Assembly (NCBI RefSeq): GCF_009914755.1
Contig: NC_060930.1
Origin: the human T2T-CHM13v2.0 reference genome, Homo sapiens
DNA: 64,000 nt
Strand: one strand, 5' to 3'
The stretch's first letter is position 1. Every line of letters begins with the position of its first letter. This document shows positions 11,251-24,728 of this stretch, in pieces. Both the position numbers and the translations under genes were made by a program. The notes under the pieces are model-generated. The model worked only from the letters and a program-made list of their open reading frames with translations, searched no databases and was not told the DNA's origin.

Positions 11251-13059
11251 TCAATTGAAGGATGACTTTCTCATATCCATTTTATATTCACAAACCATCA
11301 GGAAAAGTTCTGCAGATGACCAAAGCTATTCATTATATGTGATTTTTTTAATACTCTCAGTTTGGTGAGTGAGATCTTTTAAACAGCCATTTGATTATGA
11401 GATCCAATTTACCATTTGTGCAATTACAATAGTTATCATTAATCCAGCTCTAGCTCATAGCAATATCAGCATAGCCATTTCTTTGAGCTCAAGGCAGGAA
11501 CTGGCTCGTAAGAGTCAAATGCATTGTTCCTTAGAGCCATCAATTCTCCAGCTCCAAAAGTCTGCCCTAGACTCACCCTGGCACTAAGAGCATCTTTGTT
11601 CAGCACTGATATCACAGATATTGTCAGAAGACTTTACTGCCTCTGGATCCCCAGCCGAATCAAATGTAGTGACCTATTGTTTAGGATCTGAACAGAACCA
11701 CATATGCTGTCAAACTGCTGGTTCCTAATGAAGGTGAGGCTATGGGAGAATGTACCAATGTACTGCTTCCTTCACACAATCTTCCTATGGAAAAAAAGAA
11801 GTCAGTTGAACTAAACAATGTGCTTCATGACCTAATTCACTTACTTTCTGAAGCAAGCTCTTTATCCTGTTATGTGGGTTAGTAATAAATAGCTTGACAG
11901 TTAGTCCGTGGACCTAACTTTGAATAGTCATTCTCTCATTCATTTATCAAACACTTACTGCACTAATATATGTAAGTAACCTAAGAATTATCTTGGGAGT
12001 TATCTAAGAAATCTTCTGCCTTTCTCTTCATGTTCAGCCTGGCATCACACCTTCCTCTATTCCTGCTGTCATTAGCTTGATGCAGGCTTCCATTGCTTTC
12101 TGAAACACTGCCATTGTCCTGCCAGTCTTGCCTTCTCCGGGCTACAATATGCTATTAAAAAATATATTGCTCAAGGTGCTTTCTAGCTTCTGTGTCAATG
12201 AAAGCTACTATGGTGGACTTTTTGCTGAATATAATACAAATGGATGTTGGCGCCTCATACTGCAAATGTTCTTGGTTAATGAGCCTTCCATCACACTATC
12301 CTGAGATAAGCGTGTACTGCAACTTGTGTAGTTTCCTCTGTAGTCTCTTTTTAATGCCATCTGTGTACTGGAGAACTAGACCTGTGGCAAAGAGACAAAG
12401 AAAGAAGATCTTGTTGGATGTTATAATACAAGCTGTGTGATAGTTAGGCATCTCTAGCCATAAAAGGGTGGGTGGATGTTCTTTGAAATCGTGAAGGGCA
12501 TCATAGTTATCATTGCAACCTGAGAGAACCAGCCAACAACTGTATATAATGAATGATAGTGGAGAGAAGATACAGTCAGAAGAATATAATAATTTCAGAT
12601 GATTTGATAAGAAAGGAAGTGCAACTGTACTTGGGGATTTGGGTATCTTATCTCTCTGGGAATGATGCTTTATTGACTCTTAAGTGGTAATTATAATTAA
12701 ACCCAATTTTTACCAGTGCATTCCTGTGCTTAACAGGGTTTTTTTTTGGTGGATACTTAATATTATAATCTCTCTGTCCCTTAGTTTTTGAAGAACTGAA
12801 GATTCAGTTTATTAGTATTTTAATAAATCTCACTAGAATGGATCATATTCTTCTTTGCTTTATTTATGTCAATGCTGTGAAGCATATTTAAATTTTTTAT
12901 GATAAATTTTTGATTTATAATTAAGAACATTAAATATATTACTCTGTAATGTGGTGATATCTTTGGTAGGTAATTAAGTTATGTGAAACTGTTTTACCTC
13001 CATATACACCTCATATGTTTATTTGGAGGTAAAACAATTACCTAGAACATTTTGGATAA

Positions 13060-14225
13060 AAATGATTAATGAAGGGAGTCTCTACCAAGTACTTTAATGC
13101 CTTATAAAGCTACAGTAATCAACAGTGTTTTGTGGTATAGAAACACAATATATAGCCAAGATATTTATGCCAATATAGATAAGTATTCAGCATATAGTAA
13201 ATGTGGAATTTCAAGTTAGTCAGGAAATAATAGATTATTAAAATGAAGGCAGGACAATTATTTAATCATTAAGACCAAAAATAATGTTTAGTCAACTTTG
13301 TATGATTAATCTCAGATATATTAAGAAAGTACTAGAAAATGTAGTAGAAATAGATATTTATATAATACTGGGATGGGGAAGGATGTTTTTAAAGCGAGAA
13401 CTTAAAGTCTTAAAGATAAAGACAGATAATTTATGTACATATCAATTTTAAGACTTCTTTATTTTAAACACACTCAAACACAAAAGAAAAAAATGTTGTC
13501 TCACCGATTAGGATGGCTAATAAACAGAAAATAGAAAATAAACAAGTATTGATAAGGATATAGGGAAATGAAAACACTCGTGTGCTACTGGTAGGAATGT
13601 AAATGGTACAACCACTGTCTAAAATAGTATGTTGGTTTCTAAAATATTAAAAATAGAACTATCATATGATCCAGCAGCTCCACTTCTGGGTATAGATCCC
13701 CAAAAATGGACAGATGAGACTTGAAGAAATATTTGTGCACCTGTGTTCGTAGCAGTATTATTCACAATAGCTTAGGGATGAAAGCAACCCAAATGTCCCT
13801 TGACATGAATGGATAAACAAACTGTGGTATATATGTACAATGGAATATCATTCACCCTTAAAAGGGAAGGAAATTCTGACACATGCTACAATATGGGTGA
13901 ACAGTGAGGACACTATGTTAGGTGAAGTAGACCAATTGCAAAAGAGCAAATACTGTATGATTCTCTTTATATCCCTAGAGACAGAATGTAGAATGGTGAT
14001 TGCTAGAAGCTGAGGGGAGAGGAAAATGCATAGCTATTGTTTATTGGGTACATAGTTTCAGTTCTGCAGGATGAAAAGAGTTCTGGAGATGGATGATGGT
14101 GATAGTCGCATAACAATGTACGTTATGTCATTTAACTGTACGCTTAAAAATGGTTAAGATGGTAAATTTTATGTTATGCATGTTTGTAAAAATATTTTAA
14201 AAAATAATAATTTAAAAAATAATAA
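13060..14225 (+). mobile_element. Old L1M elements (L1MB-like 3' end from ~13490)
   Basis: ATAGAACTATCATATGATCCAGCAGCTCCACTTCTGGGTAT..GAATGGATAAACAAACTGTGGTAT..TTAAAAATGGTTAAGATGGTAAATTTTATG and an A-rich tail. Confidence 0.88.
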
Positions 14226-14231
14226 ACAAAA

Positions 14232-14440
14232 GAGGAATGGTGGTGCTTAGAGTCAAGAGCATGCTCTAGCGTCAGGCACAGCTGGGTTTTATCTGGCTCA
14301 ATGGGTGTAGGCAAATGTGTTAAACTCTGTGTGCCAAACTTTCTCATCTCAGGGTTATTTTGAAGACTCAGTGAGATAATTTCTGTAAAGTGCTTTTTAT
14401 AGTGCTTGGAACACAATAACTGTTCAATAAATGCTGCATA
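14232..14440 (+). mobile_element. MIR SINE
   Basis: GGCAAATGTGTTAAACTCTGTGTGCC..TTTCTCATCT..GTAAAGTGCTT..TTCAATAAATGCT. Confidence 0.7.
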
Positions 14441-17400
14441 CTGATCTGTTAAAAGGCAAATGATAAACATATTATTGACTATTTATTATTTTTATTTTTA
14501 GAGGTCAATATATTATTGACTCTTCATATAGACAATATGTTAAGAACTCTAACAAACCAAAGAGAAATGATAAAAACTCTAGAGTTTATGGAAAAATAGT
14601 ATGTTAAATTTTATCGACAAAGAATATGTTAGTATTTTTTATTTCAAGGAATGAGGCCTTTTCTGGGCTAGCTTAAGTAAATGGGGACTTTTTGAAGAAT
14701 AAATTTTAAGAGAGATAGAGTCTCGGAGATGCAAGAATAGGAAATCGACACAAGATTGGATATAGGTCTAAAGTAGTTCTAAGGATCCTGACAGTAGAAT
14801 CTACATTTCAGCGCTCTGTTGTTAACGTAGTTTATCTCCTCTTGTTTAGTCTCTGTCACATTTCCTCTCATCTAATATATCATTGACTCACTCCTTTATA
14901 CCTTACCTACATCACAGCTCTTGCTTATTCCTGATTTGTGCTTCTTTATGTCTTTGATTTCTGCATGACTTTGCTTTGCTGCTGACCATTCATGGATCTA
15001 ATTCACAGTATCTTCTCAGCTTTAGTTCCCACTGCTAACAGTCTGATTTTTCTCCATTTGTTTGAATCAAATTATTCGAAGTAGAATTGGATTGGAACAT
15101 TCCTTGTTTTTAGCAAGAATCTTATTGGACCTTTCTTTGTTTCTAGCAAAGCTTTTTAGATCAGGTTATCTTGAAGCTCACTGCTCAGCCACTTTCAGCT
15201 ACATTTATGTCACGTGACCAGTCCTATTCCAATCAGCTGTGGTCTGGGTGATAAATTTCTGTGGTGTAAAACATGATGATCTAAGGCTGCCTCTACAGAA
15301 GGAGCTATTTTGTGTTTCATGAATCACTTGTAATGACCAGATTGTTGAATTTTTCTAGTTGAAGATTTGACAACACCATTTTTATGTCTGCTTTTAATAG
15401 TTCATCCCTATCTGTTTCTATCACCTTGTTCACAAGCTGCTAATCTGTTATCCAACCTTCAGTCTATGAATCAGAGCAGGAAGAACAGAAGTGTAATGGG
15501 AACATAAAATTACCACATAAGATAACCATATCAGTAAGCTTGATTTACCTTCATCTGTAGAAGCGAGTAAGTCAACAAGCCCTAGTTTAAGGGTACTTTT
15601 AAAATTCTCTAATAAAGCACATGATCTTGGCTTAGAGGCTTTTTGGATTACTTGGGTTGGTCTGGATTCTGAGAAGGTGAGGTGGCTAATGTCTAACTAT
15701 CAGATTAAGCGTAAGTTTCCCATACATCAGAGCAGATGTGACACCTTTATTGACAGTATGTCCATATTGTTTTATGTTCTTGTGTTACTTTTTCCCCCCA
15801 GTAATGCCTTTGCATGAAATGCTTTCCTTTCAGTAAAAAAATAAGCCAAATTTTCTTGTTATCTTCTGGACAAGGGAGGGGGTGCTTTTTTCGCGGAAAA
15901 CAATTAACAGTAATATAAAACTTTACAGTGTCAAAGTAAGATGATCTTTTTATGCAAATACTAACTTGAAGTTTTTAACCATCTGTTCTTAATTGAGCTT
16001 GGAGAAGATTATTTTCATAATCTAAAAGACATACTGTGAATGCTCAGGCACATGCTGAATAGCCCAAGAAAGTAGGGATCAGCATCACATATATTTAAAC
16101 AAATTAGTCAAAGGAAAAAATTTTACTTGTGTTTCTGCATGAAAGGTGGAACCTAATTGAAAAGCAGGAGATATTTTCAATTTCATTGGTTGAAACAGCC
16201 AAAGATAAACCATGGTGATTCTGTCTGGGGACCCACATATATGCATATCATGTAGGAAGACATAATTGCTTCCGTAGCAATAAACTATTTCTATTTCTTC
16301 TTATTTGTTATGAGTTAGACTTTGTCATTCTTCAGGACCCCCAGAGATTTCGAAGAAAGACTATACGAAGATAGATAAAGCATATCCTCTATCCCATCTC
16401 TGTCTGTGGAAGTCAATATATTTTTAATGTAAAAAATTGATTGTAGTTTGGTGAAGAAGACATCACAGCTTGCAAAGGAAGAGACTTCATGAGAACTCAC
16501 AGAATGAGTTTGAATCTTGGAGTGCTGGCCCAAGGTAGGTAAGACATTGGGACAATAATTAGTCAACATTTTTGGAACACACATCAAATGCAGAACATAG
16601 AAAAGGCTGTAATACTAGTTCCTGTTTTGGGACAGGTGACTTATGCATGGTCTGACAGATTTAGGAACTGAGAGAAGAAATATCAGTAGGATTGTTGATC
16701 TGACTGCAGTAAAGCAGCATAAATGACCCTCTGTCCAAGTGGGAATTTGTTCTGCTGCTTTTCCTCTCTTTCTAACTCAGCAAAATAACATGAAAACCAT
16801 GGAACCAAAAAGGATCTTGAAGACCTAATTCCTACATTGTAGGAATTTAAAAATGGAGACTCATAGAGGTTAACTAGTTTCCTTAGGTAACCTAGCTAGT
16901 GAGCAGTTGTTTCAGGATGGGAAACCAGACCTACAGTATGGATGCCATTTTAATATACCATACAGTTCTTATACCCTGTTGTGTTTGTGAAGATAGCAAT
17001 TCATTTTACACTGCAGTATGAAAATAAATTTTTCAAAGTTTGTTACTATTTCTTAAGGCTTTAATGGTTGGTTGTTGTATCTGCATTTTATTGAGCAACC
17101 TTGATGATTCTTTTCATACATGGACAGATAACTTATGATGGAACATTCTTCCCGTATGTTTTGTGGTGATTGGAGGTTATAAACAGATACATTTTGGTAC
17201 CAGAAGCTTGCTTTGTGTCAGGTGAGAGGAAGAAACGTGGTTGTGTATTCACTGTGTGTTGGTAATTATCCAAGACTGTGAGCTAAAACATCTGGATTAT
17301 GGTCCCAACTCTGAATTAATTAGCTCTGCGTTCTGGATCTTAATTTCTTCATCTGACCAAAGAAAGTTTTAGTTAAATAATCTCTAAATTCCTCACAAGA

Positions 17401-17927
17401 TGAAATGTCATAATATTCTAGATCAGGGAAAAGTTAGAGAAACTTTAGTCTGTGCTTGTTAAAGGGCTGTAATGGGCTGAATATGCTTAAAATACTAAGT
17501 TTACTTTGACACAATTCACTAAGCAATTGCCCGACTCTTTATTTAACACTGGCTTTTGGGTTTTCCTACTTATGAAGTCATTGTCTAACTTGAACTGTCA
17601 TGCAGTGAGAACTGAATACATCCACCTTTATATAGGTATTACAACCACACTGAACTCCTGATTCCACTTATAAAAGCACCAGGACTCCCCCTGCCTTTGC
17701 GTGTGTTGCTTTCGCTGCCTCACATCCCTTCTTTCCTGTCTTGCCCTGGCAAACTCCTACTCATCATTTAAGGTCCAACTCAAATATCACCTCCTCTATA
17801 ATCCTCCCATAACCATCTCAGTTTTCAGTCAAACCAATATTTATGGATCATCTACTATGTGCAAAGCCTCCTGTCAGTAGCTGAGGATGATCACAGTTCC
17901 AGCTTTCATTAAATAATAATTACAAGA

Positions 17928-18255
<328 letters not shown>

Positions 18256-18439
18256 TTATATGAGAGAAAAGTACTTAATGTCTTGGCTGGTCTAGTGGAG
18301 GAGACTAAACACAAAATTAGTGGCTACCTTCTCTGGGTTCCCATGACACTTTATTGTACATCTCTACCATGACAGTAATTAGGTTGTGTTCTTACCAGTA
18401 TTATGGGTTTATGTATCTATTTCCTCCTCTACACTTGTG

Positions 18440-18640
18440 TGATCCAATATGGCAGCCATTAACCACATGTGGCTATTTAAATTTAAACTAATTAAAATAA
18501 AATTAAAATCCACTTCCTCAATCATACCAGCCACATTTCAAATGCTCAATAGCCACATGCTTCTAGTGGCTACCATATTGGATAGCACAGGTAGAGAGTA
18601 TTTCCGTCATCACAGAAAGTTCTGTTGGACAGTGCTGCCC
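18440..18640 (-). mobile_element. MER3 (hAT-Charlie) DNA transposon fossil within an L2
   Basis: CCACATGTGGCTATTTAAATTTAAA..CCACATTTCAAATGCTCAATAGCCACATG..CATCACAGAAAGTTCTGTTGGACAGTGCTG. Confidence 0.88.
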
Positions 18641-18714
18641 TAGATGGTGAATTCCTCAGTGTCAAATATTGTGTTTCATTCATCTTTGTATCCCTAGGTC
18701 CTGGAACAGTGATT

Positions 18715-19670
18715 TATTATTCAACAAACATTCATATATATGCTTATTAAGTGCCAAGTACAATTCTAGATTCTGGCGATAAAGTGATGAACAAAAAATA
18801 GTGCTTGCCTTCATAGAGCTTACACTTTAGTGGTGTTGAGGGGAATTGGATATTCAACAAACCAAGTAAATATACAATATGTCAGGTGGCAATGAGTACT
18901 ATGCAGAAAAATAAAGCAGGTTAAGTTAGGCAGGGAGTGACAGGAGAAGGGGTAAGTGGTGCTGGGTTGATCTTTTAGGTAAAGTGGAAAGGGAGGCCTC
19001 ACTGAGGGAATCAGTTGCCAAGAAGGAGCAGCAAGCATAATGTCCCTGAGGCAAAAATGTGTGGCTTGTCTTAGGAATGAGGAGGCCAGGGTTCCTAGAG
19101 TTGAGTGATTAAAGCAGAGGGTCAGAGAAATGAGGGCAGTGGGACAGTAGGGATGGAGCAGGGCCTTTGGCTTTTACTCTGAGATGAGAAAAATTGAGGA
19201 GTATTGAGCAGAGATGGGAAGAGGTCAGGCTTACATTTTAAATATTATCAGTGTGATTGCTGTGTTGAAAACAGCCTGCAGGGGGCAAAGCCAGAGACCA
19301 AATAAGGTCTCTCAGGTGAGAGGGAAATAGTGGCTTGGATGGATAGGCAAGATGGTAAGAAGTGGACACGTTTTGAATGTAGAGCAGGCAGGACATGTGG
19401 ATGTGTTGGAATGTGAAGTGTCAGGGAAAGAAAAGTGTCAAGGATGACTCTGTAGATTTTGACCTGAGCAAGTAGAAGAATGGGCTTTGCATCAACTGAG
19501 ATGAAGAAGACTCTGGACCTTGCAGATTGGGAGGAATATCAGGAGTTCGGTTTGGGACATATTAAGTTGAAGTGTCCATTGAGCGTCTCCGTGGCTATGC
19601 TGACCATGAGTTGGATATTTGTGTTTGTGGTTCAGGGGCAAGGTGTGGCTGGAGGTATGTATACATGCTT
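18715..19670 (-). mobile_element. L2 LINE fragment
   Basis: ATTCAACAAACATT..TATTAAGTGCCAAG..GGGAGGCCTCACTGAG..TCAAGGATGACTC..GAGTTCGGTTTGGGACATATTAAGTTGA. Confidence 0.85.
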
Positions 19671-19937
19671 GTTGACTGACTGACTGATTGGATGAATGAA
19701 TGAGACATTATTATCTTAAAATAGCAATTCTGACTGTGAAGCTGCAGGACATAGTCCTGGGGAGCAATTTGCCTACAGACAAAAGAAAAATCACAGAGGA
19801 GGCCTGACAATCTGAGCAGGCAGTGGATGCATATCCAAACAAATAAAACCAATTAAATCACCCTTAAAATTATTTTGAACATAGATTTTAGGGCTTAAAG
19901 TATAAAATTTCCTCCTATTCAAACGGTGGGGGAGGGC

Positions 19938-20330
19938 ATATCAGTTTCCTATGGTTGCTATGAACAAATTGCCACAAATTTAGTGGCTCACAACAAAGCC
20001 AGTGTATTATCTTGCAGTTCTGGAGGTCAGAGCCTGCAGTGGGTCTCACAGGGCTAAAATCCAGGTGCAGAAGAGGCTGTGATGCTTCCTGGAGGCTCTG
20101 GCAGAGAATCTTTCTCTCAGCCTCACTCAGACTCTGACTCTCCTCTCTTTCTTTCACTTCTAAGAACCATTGTGATAACATGGGATCCATCGGCAAATCC
20201 AGAATAATCTCCCCATTTCAGGGTTGTTGATTAGCAACCTTAAGTTTGTCTGGAAACTAAATTCCCCCTTACCACTTAATGCAATATATTCACAAGTTCC
20301 AAGAATTAGGATGTGGCTACTTCTAGAGGA
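19938..20330 (-). mobile_element. MaLR MLT1 (D-like) LTR
   Basis: ATCAGTTTCCTATGGTTGCT..ACAAATTTAGTGGCT..CAGTTCTGGAGGTCAGA..TCCAGAATAATCTCCCCAT..ATTCACAAGTTCC. Confidence 0.85.
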
Positions 20331-21077
20331 GGTGGTGTCTTGAATTTGTTCATTCTTTTCATGTGGAAAGATCAATACACAATAATAAAGTGATTGAAAG
20401 GACGTTTAGAGTATACACAAGCCCCAATTAGACATCCTCTCAATTGCTTTTACTATTGTATATAAATCTTTTGACACTAAAAGCCAAAAAAAGACTGGAG
20501 ATTACTAAGTAAAAGAATAATTGGAGAGAAGTCCACTTTTAAACAAAGTTGTGTACATGATCTGCTTTTAATTGAAATATTTTAAGTTTCAAAATATTTA
20601 TGGCATGTGTAAAAACAAACTCAGACCTAAGCATATTGAGGATGTGTGTTTGTGAGTGTGTGTATGTGTGTGGTTGCATAATTATTCCATATAAAAATGT
20701 TTATTGGTTATAAATCTTATATAAGATCATATAAAAGGAATACTGGGGTTACTCAATGCTACTGTTAGGATTTATTTATTGATTTTTATGTATGCCTTAT
20801 ATTTACAAGGACCGCATTTTATGAACCTATAATCTGTAAAATGCAAATGCCCTTATGGATCACAGGATAGAACATTTGAAGTTGAGATATCTTGAGATAA
20901 CTGTTATATTTAATTGACCTGAATTGTCATATCTTATTCTGAAATGTCTGTCCCAGCTCTTCTCACCACCATTCTCATGGTCACCTGTTCAGACCACAAG
21001 AACAGCTTCCTAATTGACTGTATAACTGAGGTGAATCTGGGAGGCAGGAGAGTGCAGTGGTTAAAAGAATGGGTTCT

Positions 21078-21385
21078 GGCCGAGCACGGTGACTCACGCC
21101 TGTCATCCCAGCACTTTGGGAAGCTGAGGCAAGTGGATCACTTGAAGTCAGGAGTTCAAGACCAGCCTGGCCAACATGGTGAAACCCCGTCTGTACTAAA
21201 ACTATAAAAATTAGCCAGGCTTGGTAGTGTGTGCCTATAATCCCAGCTACTACTAGGGAGGCTGAAGCATGAAAATTGCTTGAACTCGGGAGGTAGAGAT
21301 TGCAGTGAGCTGAGATAGCACCACTGCCCTCCAGCCTCAGTACTGAGTGAGACTCCTTCTCAAAAAAAAAAAAAAAAAAAAAAAG
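21078..21385 (+). mobile_element. AluS SINE inserted into a MIR (MIR ~21045-21520)
   Basis: Dimeric Alu with a long A tail and a degenerate TSD AAAAGAATGGGTTCT / AAAAGACAGGGGTTCT. MIR sequence lies on both sides. Confidence 0.95.
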
Positions 21386-21569
21386 ACAGGGGTTCTGGAA
21401 TCAAATTATTGAAGTCCAATCTTATTTTGTCCATTTATTAGATGGATGGCTGTAGACAAATTACTTCACCTCTGTAAACTTCAGTTTTCTGTCCTGTGAA
21501 ATGGGAGTAGTACTGATCTTATAGAGTCTATAAAATTCAGTATGAAATTTCTACTGAATTAAGGAGTAA

Positions 21570-22100
21570 ATGAACTTGTGTTCAAGGAGTAGAAAGGCCA
21601 GTGTCTGGAACATGGTAAGTGAGCAGCAGAGTTAAGATCTGAAAGACTGGCAGGACAAGATCATGCAGGACTCTGAAGGCCTTGGTATAGGGTCAGACTG
21701 GAGGCAAAAAGTGCATTTTCTGAATTAAGGCTATGGATATGAAAAAGTGATGTTGGGGCTAGTAGTATAAAGAAATAGCATTTACAAGACTTGTGATCTT
21801 TTTTGGATGTTGGGGAAGGCAAGGCAGAAGCCTGAATGACTGTGTTTCTGACTTGGAGGTCTGGGGACTGGGGACATCATTCTCTGAGATAGGGAATATA
21901 GGAAGACAAGCAGGTTTGGGGGAAGAGACAATGAGTGCAGTTTGGGATAGAAATGTAAAGTGTCTGTGAGATGTTCAATTGTAGATTTATATATAAAGAT
22001 GGATGTGTAGATATGAATCTTAACAGAGGGTTTGGGCTAGAAGTATAGGTTTGAGAGTCATCAACATATAATAGATTATTGACAGAAGACAAGTCTGGAA
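21570..22100 (-). mobile_element. L2 LINE fragment
   Basis: GAATATAGGAAGACAAGCAGGTTTGGGGG..AGAGGGTTTGGGCTAGAAGTATAGGTTTGAGAGTCATCAACATATA. Confidence 0.75.
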
Positions 22101-22404
22101 AGAGTTTTGACATGGAGGGAGGTAGGCATTCAACTTATGACAAAATAGAAGACTAATCTGGCATTTCCCTCTCCCTAGCTCCCCTTCTTATTGCCCTGCT
22201 CCAAACACACAGAACATGGTTATAGGAAATCCACCAAAAGGATAAGTGCAGAAACGCAGCTAGGATGCTGTCCAAGGTTCTGGGAGGAATAGAAAAAGAT
22301 TTCCGTGAAAACTGAAGTCACAAGGCTGTGCCACATATAGATTTGAGGTTGATATTTATTCTGTTTGTATTGTGTGAGAATCCTAAGCCAATAAATTAAA
22401 AAAA

Positions 22405-22486
22405 AATAGAGATGGGGTTTTGCCATGTTGCCCAGGCTGATCTTGAACTCCTGAGCTTAAGTGATCCACTTGCTGCAGCCTCCCAG
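22405..22486 (-). mobile_element. Alu left-arm fragment
   Basis: AGAGATGGGGTTTTGCCATGTTGCCCAGGCTGATCTTGAACTCCTGAGCTTAAGTGATCC, flanked by the direct repeat CTAAGCCAATA. Confidence 0.88.
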
Positions 22487-22731
22487 CTAAGCCAATACAT
22501 TTATATAAGAATTTAGTGGTGACCAGAGAAAGCACTGAAGATCTGGAAGAAAAATAAATGTAAAATTTCCCTAGAAAGATATGTAACCCTAAGGAAACGT
22601 TCACAGAAAAACGAATCCTTCGTGAGAAGATGAATTCAGCATAAAAATTTACAAACCATAGGAGGAAATGATTTACCACAAGAGAAAAGTCATTTGTGAC
22701 AGTTATCAACTTACTGATTCTCAGATCCAAA

Positions 22732-23410
22732 TCTGCCCTTTGTTGTCCTGATTCTTGTTAATGGAGCTTGGCTCCTTGCCAGCTGATGCAATCTTAGGCT
22801 TTGTTAATACAGGGTGCTGGTGGGCCCTTCAGGTCACAGTGGAGGAGGGGGCTTCTCTTCCTGGTTCTTGTGTCTTTTTTCTTCCTCCTAAGGCCCAGCT
22901 TTCAGTGGTGTGTGGGAGTCCCAGTGGAGCTCACCTTCCACTGAAATTCTCTGGTACCCCAGTGGGCAATATTTTGCTTGCCAGCTCTGACCTGCTCACA
23001 CATCAGCAGGCAGCTTTCAGTAGACCAGCTCCAACCCACAGTACCTCTGGAAATGTTGCTGGCACCTCAGTGGCAGCTTTCTGTGGAACACTTCTGACCC
23101 ATGTAATCCTAGAAAACTCTACCATCCAGTGGGCTGTAACCACACCCTCTCCAACACAGTCTCAATATTGGCTGTAGTAGGGGTGCGGCCATTTCCAAAT
23201 TTGCTTCTGCTTTGTATACCCTCCCTGAGCCCTAGAGGTAATAGCTGTTTTCTACATTTGCTATTCTTATGTTCTTTAGCATCCTGTTTTACTCCCCGCC
23301 TTTTTGTGTGTTAATCATCTTTTAGAAGTTAATAATTCTTGATATTAAATTGTCCCTGTTCGAATTACTGATGTGGTCTCTGTCTCCTGAGTGGACCCTG
23401 ACTGATATAT
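22732..23410 (+). mobile_element. ERVL-class solo LTR (subfamily uncertain)
   Basis: The 3' end TATTAAATTGTCCCTGTTCGAATTACTGATGTGGTCTCTGTCTCCTGAGTGGACCCTGACTGATATA resembles ERVL LTR termini. It is a GC-richer block inside L1M. Confidence 0.6.
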
Positions 23411-23588
23411 CAGCAGCCATAATAAGCAGAACAATTAGCACCCTCAGAACATGAGGTAAACCATCCCAAAATGATTAGAAAATAAGTATGCTTAAAATGA
23501 ATAAAATATTTTAAAAAGAAATAAAGACCATAAATAAATAGTAGGGTTCTATGAAAAGAAATAGGCATATTGAAAAAGAATTAAATTA

Positions 23589-23777
<189 letters not shown>

Positions 23778-24673
23778 TCATTAATTAAAAAATCAAGTGG
23801 GTAGGTCAAACATTAAAATTAGTGACTTCAAAGATAGCCCTGAGGAAACTGCCCAGGATACAACAAACAGATAAGAAACAAAAAATTAAAGAAAGTGCAA
23901 TAGAATAAGGAGAAACAGTATACATCTTACAGGAATTCCCTACATTTCTCTCTCTTTACCATCTATATCTATATATAAACACGTTTCCAGAAAGAGAAAA
24001 TAGAAAGAATGGGAGAGGAGGCAATATTTGAATACTGCCTAGCTGAGAATTTTTCAGAACTGAAGAAATATCAGTAGGGTTTACTCTAGGATTATAGGAA
24101 TAATATAACTTTATAAAATTTAATGTAACTTACCATATTGACATATTAAAGAAAGAAAAAATAACTCTTCTTAGCATACATAATAGGTTCAACAGCCATT
24201 CACGTTAACAAACCTTAGAAAATGATACATAGAAAGGGACTTCCTTTAAAAAAAGGGTGTCTACCTAAAACAATGTAAACCTCACATTTAATGGTGAAAC
24301 ATTGGAAGCATTCTCTTAAGGTCAGAAATAATTTAAAGATGCCTGCTGTCACCACTTCTATTCAGCATTGTACTGGAGGTCCACAGCAGCTCAATAAGAC
24401 ATGGAAATAAACAAGAGTTGTGGGGAATGGAAAAATAAGAAACCAAATTGTCACTATCACAGATGATATGATTATCTACATATGAAATTCAAGAGAATGT
24501 CCTTGCCAACTATTAACAGTAGAAGTAACCAGAAAGTTCATCAAGGTTGTTGTCTAAGAAACTATATACAAAAATTAGTAGTATTTGTATATACCAGATA
24601 AAATTGTTTTGAAGATGTAATTTAAAAATATCATATTTTTCATAGCCATTAAACTACAGAGTATGTGAAATAA

Positions 24674-24728
24674 TTAGATTGGTGCAAAAGTAATGGCAAA
24701 AACCTCAATTACTTTTGCACCAACTTAA
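24674..24728. mobile_element. MADE1 (Hsmar1-derived MITE), internally deleted
   Basis: TTAGATTGGTGCAAAAGTAAT-GGCAAAAACCTCA-ATTACTTTTGCACCAACTTAA forms mariner TIRs followed by TA. Confidence 0.92.
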
